Part shown: in pieces, positions 12,543 to 25,430 of the stretch | Layout of the letters: every line of letters starts with the position of its first letter | Numbering within the stretch: the first letter of the stretch is position 1 | Assembly: GCA_951406725.2 (NCBI GenBank) | Contig: OX597814.1 | Span: forward strand, 114,638,001 to 114,702,000 | DNA: 64,000 bases | Direction: 5' to 3' | From: Octopus vulgaris | Lineage: Eukaryota | The notes under the pieces: generated by a model | Told to the model about the DNA's origin: nothing | The model's input: the letters and a program-made list of their open reading frames with translations, nothing else | Databases searched by the model: none | Program-made: the position numbers and the translations under genes

Positions 12543-13971
12543 TACAGTACAGTTTCTGATGACAGTAGGCTAGACGTGGCAACAAATCATTGCTTGCATT
12601 CTGTTGTAATCGTTTCCAGGTAACCCCATGATCGACATTGAAACAACCAGATAGGAAACTGTCAGCAAAATGCAACGTATCCCTGTTCTATTCTGTCGAT
12701 ACATCATAATAATGATGAGCTTCCAGTTGCGCCAGCTACAATTTCAAATGGACATTTCCTGATGAGACCACATCTTTAAACAGGGGGAATACAACTGACC
12801 GGTAACGATATCAGAGAGTTATAAGGAAAGGATTAAATTTTGCAGAGTTGAAATGCCTAAAGCAAAGGGAGAAAAATTTAAGGAAGATCCTCTACACTAC
12901 ATCTTCTCCCTATATGTAGGCATACTCATTAGAACGTAGAACAAGATGCTTAATAGTACTTCCCATTGCGTTCTGACTTCAAATTTCGCCGAGGTCGAAT
13001 TTTCTGTTAATTTTTCGGAGTTGACAAAATTAACACCAGCTGAGCACTGGGTTCGAATTGTTGATTGTGTGCCAAAATTTGAAACGATTGTGTTAGTAAT
13101 AACATCTTATCTGCTTTCTGTTCATACACGGTTACTGGAGACAACTAAGGAAATATTTTATATTTACACCTTGATCTCAAAGGGTGATATAATTTCCGTT
13201 TTGGAGCCGAATCGTCGAGTGAAAGACAACGAACCCATAAGTTCACTTTCAAAAGGGTTTGAAGGAGTCCATCTGCACCAATAACCGCTGCCATGTCAAA
13301 TTGATAGCAGAAGCTGTCATTGCTGCCTCCTCATGTACTATGTGAAAGTGTCAATGCAGACTACAACAGTCCGCCTGCGGTAAAGGCGTCGCTCTGCGAT
13401 CTGACAAGCTTCTCGTCTTCTCAGTTATGGGACAGTTGTGCCACAGATGCATAAGATTTGAAGTTCAATTACTGTGGAGATTGAACTCCTAACATTCTAT
13501 ACACGCTAACAGGATCGTGACGCGTGTAAGGTCATTCTGGAGAGAGTGATATGAAAAGAATAGTTTGAGGCGGTTGATACTTCAAATCTGAAGAGTAATA
13601 ACAGAAAGGAGAAAAACACCCTTAAACAGGTGTATTTGCTTATGTCCCTATGTATCTCGAAACGTTATCCGTTTTATTTCATCAAGATCTATTATCAGTT
13701 TGTCGAACTGATAAAGATAACAATGGCGCCCACTTTAGCTAGTAAAAGTACAAAACCGGGGGTGTATTCATATATTCCCCCATGCATTTATATAGTGTGT
13801 GGGTGTGTATGTATAGAAGTAAATAGTATTAAAATTATCTCAACGAATAATGGACTGTTGCAGGGTTTATGGCTAATTACATAAAAATGATCCAACTAGA
13901 TATGTTTATATAATTGTCAGCTATGACAATTATAACAATCTGCAAATTTACGCCCACAATCTAATCAGTTG

Positions 13972-14012
<41 letters not shown>

Positions 14013-14080
14013 AGAAAAAATTAATTTATAAATGAGCATTAAAAAGTGTGTGTGTAATTATATATATATGATTTCGTTAT

Positions 14081-14499
14081 AGGCAGCGAGCTGGCAGATG
14101 CGTTAGCACGTCGGGCGAAATGCTTTGCGGTATTTCGTCTGCCGTTACGTTGTGAGTTCAAATTCCGCCGAGGTCGACTTTGCCTTTCATCCTTTCGGGG
14201 TCGATAAATTAAGCACCAGTTACACACTAGGGTCGATGTAATCGACTTAATACCTATGTCTGTCCTTGTCTGTCCCCTCTATGTTTAGCCCCTTGTGGGT
14301 AATAAAGAAATAGGTATTTCGTCTGTCGTTACGTTCTGAGTTCAAATTCCGCCGAGGTGAACTTTGCCTTTCATCCTTTTGGGGTCAATAAATAAAGTAC
14401 CACTTTCGCACTGGGGTCGATGTAATCGACGTAATCCCTTTGTCTGCCCTTGTTTGTCCCTTCTATGTTTAGCCCCTTGTGGGTAGTAAAGAAAAAAAA
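14081..14499 (+). mobile_element. SINE family A with internal tandem duplication
   Basis: One head and two body/tail units; TSD ATATATATGATTTCGT at about 14062-14077 and 14500-14515. Confidence 0.9.
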
Positions 14500-14976
14500 A
14501 TATATATGATTTCGTAGAATTCTCTTATGTTCCTCGGACTTCCACCTACCATGGTTTTTATGAAACGAACTGTTTTGAGATAGTTTTGAGGGGAGTAAAA
14601 TCTTTTTTAGTCGATTGATTTTTTTTTTTAGTTTTTAGTCGCTTGATACGCTTTAGTAAGTCATCTTAATTATATAGTTAGTCGATTGTATATACCTTTT
14701 CTTGATAGGCCTTTCCATATATTTTGTATCTTTATGTGCATATATATTTTTTTAAAATTCTGTGCTTTTATATGTTAACGGCAATGGTAATGTTTAATTA
14801 TGATCATATGTATGGAAGCGTGATGTTAAAGTCGTTGACCCGAATTTGATTTTGTTCTCTAATCAATGTTTTATATATATATATTTCTCAAAGAAATTCC
14901 AATTTTGATTTACACATTTTATTTACTATCTTATAATCTGATGAAATGATAGAATATTAAAAATGTCCATTCTGTT

Positions 14977-15021
14977 TAAACTAGTACTTTCATGCATTAA
15001 ACCATGCAATCTTTAGGTTCA
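14977..15021 (-). ncRNA. Hammerhead motif, left arm, core mutated to CUAAAGA
   Basis: Reverse complement UGAAC-CUAAAGA-UUGCAUGGUUUAAUGCAU-GAA-AGUACU-A-GUUUA. Confidence 0.55.
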
Positions 15022-15075
15022 TGTAATAGTAGTGACAGTTATGTTTTACAATTTACAACTGTCACCACTACTACA

Positions 15076-15120
15076 TGAACCTGAAGATTGCATGGTTTAA
15101 CGTATGAAAGTACTAGCTCA
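15076..15120 (+). ncRNA. Type I minimal hammerhead motif, right arm
   Basis: UGAAC-CUGAAGA-UUGCAUGGUUUAACGUAU-GAA-AGUACU-A-GCUCA: canonical core, palindromic stem III, predicted CUA cleavage triplet. Confidence 0.65.
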
Positions 15121-15555
15121 GTCAGAATGGACATTTAATATTCTACAATTTTATTAGATTATATTATGCTATATTAAGATGATAAATAAAACTTGAAAAT
15201 CAAAGTTGGAATTTCTTTGAGTAATATATTCTTCTATACACAATCATACACACCCATGTAAATATACATACATACAAGAGATAAGGCATAACAATGCACC
15301 TAAGGCCATTATTTATGTCATTTATTGTATATCAGTGAAAAAGACAATCATTTAACCGGGAAAGGCAACCATGGAGTTATAAAATTTAGCGAGGGACTTC
15401 AGCTTTGGGCCTTGCCTTAGAATCTCCTGGAACTTGTTACAAATCTGAAAACATTTTTTTAGCTTGGGTATTTATATTAAGTGAACTTGTGAAGTACTTT
15501 GCTCCGATCGATAACGCTTATTAATAACTTGCACGCGCGCACACGCACACATGTG

Positions 15556-15604
<49 letters not shown>

Positions 15605-15851
15605 GTGTGAAATAGCTAAGATTTTTAGCTGCTATTTCTAAAAGGTCGGTGTGTGGTAAAGTAAATTATTTTACTGAACCCTATTTTTATAACGTAATGT
15701 TTCAAATATACCGTAAATGGTCTTTTTACATACTGAACACTACTTGGTAAAATTAATTGATAATTAATTAGTTTTACCCTTTTATTATTGACAATATATA
15801 TATAAAAGGTGGCTTATTAGCAACTTATAACCGAAAGGCAGAAATATAGAC

Positions 15852-16024
15852 GTCACTAAAGTGAGTAAGGGCACTAGTCAGCACTAGTATTGTTAGAAAT
15901 ATGAGTAAAAAAAAACTCATAACCAGAGAAAGCACTTGTCAGTGCTTTCTGTGGCTGAATTGTTTTGACTCTCTTATTTCTAGTAATACTGGTGCTGACT
16001 AGTGCCCTTACTCACTTTAGTGAC
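15852..16024. repeat. ~175-bp hairpin, MITE-like foldback
   Basis: GTCACTAAAGTGAGTAAGGGCACTAGTCAGCAC matches the reverse complement ending at 16024; inner stem GAAAGCACT/AGTGCTTTC. Confidence 0.85.
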
Positions 16025-16046
16025 CTCTTTCTCTGTCTCTCTCTTT

Positions 16047-16080
<34 letters not shown>

Positions 16081-16094
16081 ATGTATATGTCTTT

Positions 16095-16487
16095 TATTTG
16101 TCTCAGTCATTTGACTGCGGCCTTGCTGGACCATCGCCTTTAGTCGAACAAATCGACATCTAGACTTATTCTTTGCAAGCGTAGTACTTATTGTTGTCGG
16201 TATCTTTTGCCGAACCGTAAATCTACAGGGACGTAAACACACCAAAATCGGTTGTCAAGCGATGGTGGGGGCAAACAACATAGACACACAAACATACACC
16301 CCACACACGCATATATATATATATACATACACACACGACGGGCTTCTTTCAGCTTCCGTCTACCAAATTCACTCGCGGCTTTGGTTGGCTCGAGGCTATA
16401 GATGAAGATACTTGCCCAAGGTGCCACGCAGTGGGACTGAACCTGGAACCACGTGGTTGGTAAGCAAGCTACTTACCACATAGCCGT
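16095..16487 (-). mobile_element. SINE family B
   Basis: Colinear with other family B copies. Confidence 0.9.
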
Positions 16488-16524
16488 AAAAATTAAAAGC
16501 AGAAATGCGAAAGCATGTTTAAAG

Positions 16525-16932
16525 ATTCTTTCTACTTTTTCCTTTAATGAGACTGGATAACTATTTTTATATTTGAAAGATTAAGTGACTTTTATAAAAT
16601 ATTACAAGTTTCGATGCGTATGTCCATCTTATCAAATATTAAAAATTCGAAGTCAAGGATTAGGAAATAAAAAAAGAAAATAGAAATCAAAACAGTTTTG
16701 TCTCATTCTGTGCGTAGTTAAAAACATGTTCTGAACTGCGAGAGGATAACGCGTTTTAATTTAATATGGAAACAGATTTTTTAATTTCCAATTTCTTTTT
16801 TATTTCCTAATCCTTGACATTGAAGTTTTAATATTTGATAAGATAGAAACCGGTAATATTTTATAAAAGTCACTTAATGTAACAAATATAAAAATACTTA
16901 CCCGATTAAAGTAAAAAAAGTAAAAATGAATA
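16525..16932. repeat. ~400-bp inverted repeat with a degenerate hammerhead motif in each arm
   Basis: Arms at about 16525-16690 and 16775-16932; HHR-like motifs at 16598-16640 (-) and 16830-16860 (+). Confidence 0.8.
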
Positions 16933-17087
16933 TTTACATATACTTTCGTGTTGTTTCAACGTTTACCTTTTACCTACAACCTTTAATTTGTATGGATTCC
17001 TAACTACTTTTAAATTATATATATATCCACCCGTGTGGTAAATGTTGCTTTGTGAAAAACGAATTATTTAGTGATTGAAGGTGTTCT

Positions 17088-17126
<39 letters not shown>

Positions 17127-18641
17127 TATATATATATATATATAGCCAGCCAAAATTTCCAAGTGACTGTCCATGGCACTCTTGCTTAAGAATAATATAT
17201 TATATATTGTTGTATCATTGAATTTTTCTGCTCTTTTTCAACCACATGTTTTGATTGTCTAACTTCACGTATTATTTGTTTTTCCTTGCTTCGTAATCGC
17301 ACTCGTTTTATTTGTGTAGCTTTTATCTTTTGGACTATGTCTCTCTTTTCCTGCCTCTCTGTCTCCGTCTCTGAAAATATATACACACCCACACATGCGA
17401 AGTAAACAAGTCTTAAAACAGCGAAGTGTTTATTTGATTCTCTGTATAGATTGTTTTTCTTTGACAAATGATATTTCAAACATTGTGCAGAAACTGTAAA
17501 AGCAAATCTTAACGAGATATAGGTAGTATTATGCAGAATGTTCATTTCTACATATTTACACATATACATACATTTCTATATGCAATGAAATATATTGATT
17601 GTAAAAAAACTGTTTCTTGACAAAAATAACATACGTTAGCGCATTTGTTACATTAATTATGAATCTATTCTAATTACAGCTATGATGGATGTCAGTTTCT
17701 TCAAGAAGAAACCGATGAAAATGATATAACGAAAAAAGATAGCTTGTGGCCATAATAAGATCGAAATGTAGTATTGGTTGAGAAGAGATATGAGTAAAAT
17801 ATTACCAGAAACAACCGCGAGACAAGTTTAAAAAGTCTGGGGAAATAACAGTTTTAGAGAAATTACAATTGTCACCATATTTATCTATTACTGTTATTAT
17901 CAACTGTACGATTAAAAAAACTATAATTAGTATTTTAGGTGGTTGAAAGTATCAATTAATTTGATTTAATACTGCGGATAACTTTAGGTTTTGTGGCTCA
18001 AATAGCATTCAACCAGACCTAAGAACTTGCATAGATGTGAAATTCACTATATTGACTGTATAAATGAAGAGTGAGATGAAACAGTCTCACCAATGACTTT
18101 TAGACTGGATGCAGGGTCATCATTTTGTATTTGGTTGTCGTTCCATTCGTGTGGCACCATTTCTCAAGTATTTTTGTTTGAACTGGAATAAGAAAATTGT
18201 GCGAATTTGCTTTTTGCCCATGTATTCAACGTTCCGGAAAAATGGCCTAATTATTCAAAAAGAAAAAGAGTAACACGATTAGATAGGGCGAAAAACGGGC
18301 TTTAAAATGATAACTAAAATTAATTTGGAAATACATCATTTGAAACTAAAATTAAAAATTCCGAAACAACTTTCTTGACAACCTAATATATACGTCAGAG
18401 GGGTGAAAGTGAATGCCGATGGAATTTGAAACTGGAGCCTTGAGGTACACAAACTAAATGTATTTCATTCAACTGCCCATTTGTTTCTTCAGCTATTTCC
18501 ACCAAATCCACCGCCATTCACAGAAACACATACTAGAACTAACAGTCAGATCTCTCTCCAGTCGGACTGCAATGTCTTTGGTCACGGATGGAACTCTTTT
18601 GATCTCATGTCTGTTCAGTCGAGTTCACAAGGGGCTCATCT

Positions 18642-18832
18642 TTTCTACTATAGGTACAAGGCCTGACATTTTGGGGGAGGGGACCAGACAATTACATCGA
18701 CCCAGTGCGTAACTGGAACTTAATTTATCGACCCTGAAAGGATGAAAGGCGAAGTCGACCCCGGCGGCATTTGAACTCAGAACGTGAAGCATTTTGCCCG
18801 GCGTGCTAACGATTCTTCCAGCTCGCCGCCTT
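18642..18832 (-). mobile_element. SINE family A
   Basis: Reverse complement of family A; flanking TTCACAAGG(G/A)GCT looks like a TSD. Confidence 0.88.
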
Positions 18833-18961
18833 CACAAGGAGCTAATTCTCATCGTTACTGTCATCATCTTCATATGAGATTAGGTTATCAAAATGAGACT
18901 ACGTGGTATTTGAACCTTTTATGTGTTTGTAAAACTGCTTCGCTGACATAAGTGATGCGAT

Positions 18962-19188
18962 TCTACCGGTTATAAACAGTGAATCGTCAACTGAGACTTT
19001 GCTGTTAGCTGTACTTCTTGCTATAGCGCTCAGCTCTTAAAATGTTTTTGTATGTATGTCCTGTATTTGTAATTCTGTGTACCGATTTTTATAATCGTAA
19101 TAAAGAAATATCTACCGGTTATAAACAGTGAATCGTCAACTGAGACTTTGCTGTTAGCTGTACTTCTTGCTATAGCGCTCAGCTCTTA
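18962..19188 (+). repeat. 78-bp direct repeat flanking a 71-bp insert
   Basis: 18962-19039 equals 19111-19188; the insert ends in AATAAAGAAATA. Confidence 0.9.
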
Positions 19189-20959
19189 TTATATTGGTCT
19201 ATTTTGGCAAGACACCACTGTCTTGTCTACAGTGAGTGAACATAGAGATTCGTGGCATGCACGACTTTTGTTGATTGTTTTTTTTTTTTTACCCAATCTC
19301 ATCTCTGATCGAGAATAATTATTATTGAAAGTATTTCAAATGTACTAATCTCATTTTTTCACTCAAATACATTGTAACCAGGGTTCCATTATCAATGAGT
19401 GTGTATTCAAAGACGATAGGATATGGTTTGTGAGAGATTTCACTGCTTTTACTAGTAATTCAAATCAGCCCCTCCTTGTCTCTTCCTTTTCAAACGGTGA
19501 AAAGAACCTTGTAGTAACAAGAAAATGAAATTGGTTCGCCAGGTTTTCTCAGAGCATTCAGTTTTGGTACCTGTAACTCGCCAACTTTATATTACTTATA
19601 AAGAAGAGCCATGAGTGGTAGACACAGAACACCGAATTAAATACCATATTCAGTTTTTCTGTTTTATTTGGAACTCCACTGGAAATAGCAGTCCCATTGC
19701 TTAAATAGTTTTGTATTTTCTTTTTACAAATTTGTAATTTAAGAATTATACGTGTGCATTACTTTTTAAAATCAATTTTGCGTCAATTTAAGAAACTAAT
19801 GATTATGCTGGGGTGTGGAATAATACAATAAGTAATCTCTAAGTGAGCTGGAATTGTGTGATCGCTTTAATCTTGACTAAAGCCTATTTCACTTAAACAG
19901 CTAATACTCACGAGAAACGTTAACTGTCTAACTTCCCTTTCTTTAAAATAGACTGTCCAGTAAAAAGAAAACAATATTATTAAGATTGATATTTCTTAGA
20001 AAATATATCGGGATAACAAATAAAATGCATATAAAATCACGTTGAAATTGAATTCCGAGCAATAATCTAATATGAAAGATGAGAAAAATAAAATAGTTGA
20101 AAAACATATTGTTATGAAGTTACGCAGGTATGAAGCAAGTAGAATCTCTGCGTTATTGAGCTTTTAATGTGAATCCGGATATTTCGGAAAATGGAAAGAT
20201 TTTTGTATTTTCATTTGATTATAGGAAATTTAAGTTGAAAGAACTTATGTGACTGTGAGGACGAGAATAAAAACAGGTGATGGAGAAAACGAACGATGCA
20301 TAAAAACATCGTTATTAAGTTGATTCGGCCAGAAAAACTAATTATTAAACTAGACAATATAACTGCCGATCAAAGAAATATGAATGAAATATTTTGTACT
20401 ACTCTTAGGCAGTTAAAAAACGGGTCGTGTAAGATCCTAACCTTATTAGCGGATTTCTGGTGTACAGACAGCAATCGGGAAGATATTCTGCTGAAGTATA
20501 TACGGATATATGAAATTAACTTAAATGTAAAGTAAAGTTGTGTCATGTAGCTAGGAAATAACATATTTTATTAGGTTATACAATACCCGAGTAATTAATG
20601 CAAAATGGTTTTAAGTTTTTGAGAAGAATCCTATTGCCGGTGCGTAATATGCTTCTTTACCAAAAAATTTCCAAACTTATGGGTGATCAATAAATTGGAA
20701 TCAGTTAACTAATTGTATAGATCAGATTACGAACGGTAAAGATCTGCCTTAATTCAAAAGACTCGATTATTTGAGAGGTTTTTAAGAAACATAATTATTG
20801 AATATTTTACATGAATTTTTAATATTTGTAATTTTTGAAATTACACACGTAGAAGTAAGCAGATGTGCACACACTCTGTCATTTGATAGGGTGATAGAAT
20901 GACAGCTATTCGTGAATGTGTATTCTTTCATGTTTCAGCCCTGAGAGAGACTGCGGTCA

Positions 20960-21425
20960 TCTGACTACTCTCCTGCCTTCATCTCATACCTACTTCCTCA
21001 CTTCACTGGTACCCACCTCCCTTCATCATTACCCCCCCTCCATCCACCCCACCCACATCCTCACCCAAACCCACACCCCACCCTTACATCTCCATATCCC
21101 ACCCTCGCACCACCACACCATGTCACACCACACACCATGTCACACCTCCACATCACACCACTCCGCACATACTAGCACTGACCACTTCCCAATACCCACA
21201 CCATCATCACCCACTCATTAGATGCACAAACACACGCACATATTGACCGCTAGCTCCAAAAGATTTTTTATTCTCTCTCTGTTTATTTCCTTGTGTTGCT
21301 CTCTGTTGAAGAGCGTAGGCTCGAAACGAAAAAATATTTTCTCACCTTCCCAAGCGTTAAACTAATACCCCTATTTGTTGTTTATACACCTGCTTTCGTC
21401 TTTTGTTTTACTGTAAATTTCAGCT

Positions 21426-21430
<5 letters not shown>
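20960..21430 (+). mobile_element. Orphan Penelope 3' end
   Basis: C-rich tract, CTGTTGAAGAGCGTAGGCTCGAAACG at 21303, ACTAATAC...CACCTGCTTTCGTCTTTTG, then (TA)n; homologous to 5250-5700. Confidence 0.85.
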
Positions 21431-21464
<34 letters not shown>

Positions 21465-21479
21465 GTATAGTGTGTGTGT

Positions 21480-21775
21480 GGAGGCGCAATGGCCCAGTGG
21501 TTAGGACATCGGACTCGCGGTCGTAGGATCGCGGTTTCGATTCCCAGACCGGGCGTTGTGTTTTTTGAACGAAAACACCTAAAGCTCCACGAGGCTCAGG
21601 CACGGGGTGGTGGCGATCCCTGCTGTACTCTTTCGCCACAACTTTCTCTCACTCTTTCTTCTGTTGGCTTGCTCGCTTAGCCAGCGAGGTGGCGTCATTT
21701 GAAGGCTAAAACAATGCGAAACGCATTGTGACCAGCGATGTGTAGCAACATCTGATAGCTTGGTCGGTCATCTGA
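21480..21775 (+). mobile_element. SINE family C
   Basis: A and B boxes as at 8511; inserted in a TA/TG microsatellite. Confidence 0.9.
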
Positions 21776-23019
21776 TATATATATATATATAATGAAACGT
21801 ATACGTAGATTTGTACGTTAAGTGGCGGCTGAACTTAAGATGAAACAATCATTAAATTCCCAATTCTAAGTATGTGAAACATCTATCAGGAATCACTACT
21901 ATATTTGAATTTAAGAAATATGTATGAATTAAATGGCTAGTGGGAAAGGAAAGTTGGTAGCTGTATAAGAAATTGGAGTAACTAGTTTATAGAGGGAATT
22001 CGGATCCAGAAGGGGGAAAGTTTTGCATAATGTAACACCTTTGTGTCTACGTTTCATAATCAGATTATTTTATTGTTAAATAATATTTTCTTCATTATCC
22101 ATAACTACAACTTGCGCTAAGTAGAACGATCACCTGTCAGTGTATCAACTGCAGAGTTTTGTATGTTGCATAATTGATCATTTAGTAGTGTAATTCTTCT
22201 AGTCTTATCTTAAAAACTAAATTAACTTCGACAATGAAGTACTCTTAGCCATAGACTCGGAATGAAAGTTAAAATAGTGATTACGTTATCTTGTCTTAAA
22301 GAACGTTCTCGAAGCATATACATAGACGTATGTAGACTTATTAGACGCAACTCAGCATTAGTAGATAATATTTTTAATAAGTCATTTATCTATTGTTGAA
22401 GGATGGGCATTTACAGTTCCATAATGGTTCTTTGCACTGTAGCTTGCTTGTAGAGAAAGAATCTCATTGGCCGCTTGACCTAGCATAGTCTTTTATTTCC
22501 GGTTTTTCGTAGTGGTTTCTTTTCGACAATCAACTAGAAAATAACACGCAAAAAGTACCCGACGAGAAAGAATACTGAAGATCTATGTAATACCTTAAAG
22601 TCACATAGCCTTCGCTTCGTTGTCCTTTGAAACATATGTATTTACCTACTCCTCTTCCTCAATCCACTGATTTATAATCACATAATTAGCAACTTTTGTG
22701 GCTATATTTAAATCGGAATTTCTAATTTGAGATAGGACGAAGTGTATCGCATACATTGATTAACAAACTTTATTGATCGAATACAGCTACTATAATAATA
22801 AAGAATAATAACAGAAGAATTATAGACAATAAAATGTATGTCTTTTTTATTCTTTGAAAATATTAAAAAAATTTCTCGCCAGGAAACAAAAGGATATGAT
22901 TAGAAACGATTATCTCTACTCCAGAGCAGCAAAGCGCTTTCGTTCTGTCTCTACCAAAGTATATACAGCTTCCTGTAATACCATCTGCTCGAAGGATTTT
23001 CTAACACTTTTTTATCTAT

Positions 23020-23313
23020 AGAGCCCTTTGATTACTATTTTATTCTGGTGGACACCCATCGTCATTCGACATTTAAAAACAAGTTTTATAGATACTTCTA
23101 TCAAAATTCTTATTCTGTTTTTTTCACATTAAATTCTGTAGGCTGAACTATGTAAAATGCTAGAGAAAAAAATCCAGTTATTTCTTGCAATACATGTCAG
23201 GGGCCTGTAAAATAATATTGTAGACCTCCAATTTGCTATTTTTTGTATGCGTAGAGCCCCCCAAATTTTATATGGACTTTCAGAGGCCGTATGGTCCCGG
23301 TTGAAAACCACTG
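23020..23313. mobile_element. hAT-like MITE remnant with one terminus visible
   Basis: Right end CCCGGTTGAAAACCACTG is the reverse complement of a CAGTGGTTTTCAACC terminus; left boundary uncertain. Confidence 0.5.
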
Positions 23314-25264
23314 ATCTACTTTGTGTTATATAAGCCATGTCTATGCTTGAGGCTAACCAATTGCTAGTGCCATGATCGCTTTAGATCTCACTACTTTATT
23401 ATCTATCTATCTATATATCTATCTATGTGTGCATGCGTGTGTGAGTGCGCATGCCTCTGTGTGTGTGTCTGTCTGTATATATATATATATATATATAGCT
23501 AGCTAGATATATATTTAGTATGCAAACGAGCGAGGGAGCAAGTAGAGGAAAGAGAGATTCTAAATATTACAGGTCTTATAAATGATCGTTATTTGAAATG
23601 AATATTTTTGCTTTACCATTAAAAATATCAGGCTTATGTTTATAGAACAGGAAATTGATTGGAAATTAAATATAAAATAAAGAATTGCTTAAAATAGACT
23701 TATGGCTGTTTCTTTATAACAGTTTTAGACTCTAATGATAAACAATTTTTTAAAGAATACTTGCTATTGTAAAAAAAGAAAAGCCATAATTCAAATTATT
23801 TTAAAAGCTAAAGTTTCTAAAATATTTGAAACTCAAGTGATGATACATAAATGTAGAGATTTAAAACTCGACTGAAAGGATAAACAGAATAATTAAATAC
23901 AGCCAATGAAATATGGCTTAGCAATTTAATTTACATCTTATGCATTTTCGTGAATTTCTTTAGTCAAGAAACGACAGAGCACCAGATAATCTGTATCCAT
24001 TCATTATACTAAAAATCAATAAATTTAACGTTGGTATATATGTGAGGATTTCTTATAAATTTTCTTTGTTTTTATAGTCTACGTTTTTTCTTCCAGACAA
24101 AATATTTTCTTCTTTAGCTGTATGTTAGTTATCTTTAAGATCTACTTTAATCAAACAATGTAAGCAAATTCAATGTGGTAGTTTTTCATATCAGCTTGCG
24201 TACTTTCAAAATTTGATTCCATGAACAGTTATGTGAATAGTTATAAAGCTTTATGAATTATATTCTCTTACATATATAAATACACGCATACATATTACAT
24301 ATACATACATAGCTTCTCGCAAATAAACACAGACGGAACAACTTTACTTCATCTCAGTGGTAGATAATTAATCTGAGGACAAAAACGACTAAATGGTTTT
24401 GTTGTGGAACAAACAGGAAAGAGAAACTTCTAGTAATAATGAAACTGAACGTTTTCCTTCGATTACCTCATGGGACACGAGAAGTTTTGATGACTATTGA
24501 TTTCCATAGCCATTACTGAACTAGCGATACACACACATCCATGTGTGTATGTATGTGTGTGTAAAATCATGTGGGATAGTCTTACTATTCCGCTTCTCTT
24601 TCTATGACAACACTTACTATATTAATTAATCAAACATTGAAATTAGAACGGTTTGTATAAATATGGTAACTTTTGATACAATTTTATCAAAACTGAACAA
24701 AGAATTCCTCTTCCCATTTTGATCTGATCTTTAGTACATAAAATCATATATAGCTAAACAAATTATGCTAACGTAGGCGCGTGTACATGGTCACTCGACC
24801 TACCAAGTATATTTAGCCTCTTTACACTCAAATCATTCCCCGATTAGTAAAGGAGACTTAAGCAAGTTACCCAAAGAAGGGTGATTGCAGCCGGAATGGT
24901 TTTGATCCTAAGCCTTTTCAATTAATGCCAATCAGAATTCAAACAACGGCAGCAGCAACAACTTCCAATAAAAATACCTCACGAAGTAAATTCTACAAAC
25001 TGCTAAAGTTCAGGTTAATATATCTTCCAGATCAATTCTTCACGTACCAAATGTTTATCATTGTAACGACGTCTTTGAATTGTTTAATTTCTCAATTAGT
25101 CATAATAACCCTCTCGAAATACAACAAAGTTTTAACGTATAAATTCACCTTTAGGATTTTGCAAACCAAATACATAAACGAAATAGCCTCGACAACAGAT
25201 GCACATCAATAAGCACGGTGAGGAAGATGCTTCAAAATGAGGCCAAAATATCTCGTGAATTGTT

Positions 25265-25430
25265 GCCGTTGTTTAGCTGTAGATAACTGGGACTAAACCG
25301 GCATACGATCTCTAGGTCGACAGTATCAACTGTATCATTCCATTTTTAAGAATGTAGAGTGTTATTTGCAGAAGACTTGACTGCTATTTCTAGCAGGTCG
25401 AGAGACAATTTGACGTTCCAACGTTAACTC
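25265..25430. repeat. Old dispersed repeat with GCTATTTCTAGCAGGTCGAG motif, probably a SINE tail
   Basis: Related segments near 19430, 29750-29950 (inverted), 30020-30190, 31000-31180, 46185 and 51710-51920. Confidence 0.5.

Larger units (their letters stand above)
14882..15228. repeat. ~350-bp palindrome with a hammerhead motif in each arm
   Basis: Arms at about 14882-15040 and 15057-15228 are reverse complements; TA-rich flanks. Confidence 0.85.

Noticed and set aside
14938-14965. CTGATGA...GAAT as an extra hammerhead
   Set aside because: Stems I and II do not form, and the opposite arm does not conserve it.
20140-20600. Possible decayed transposase
   Set aside because: A-rich and coding-like, but no diagnostic motif or TIR was found.
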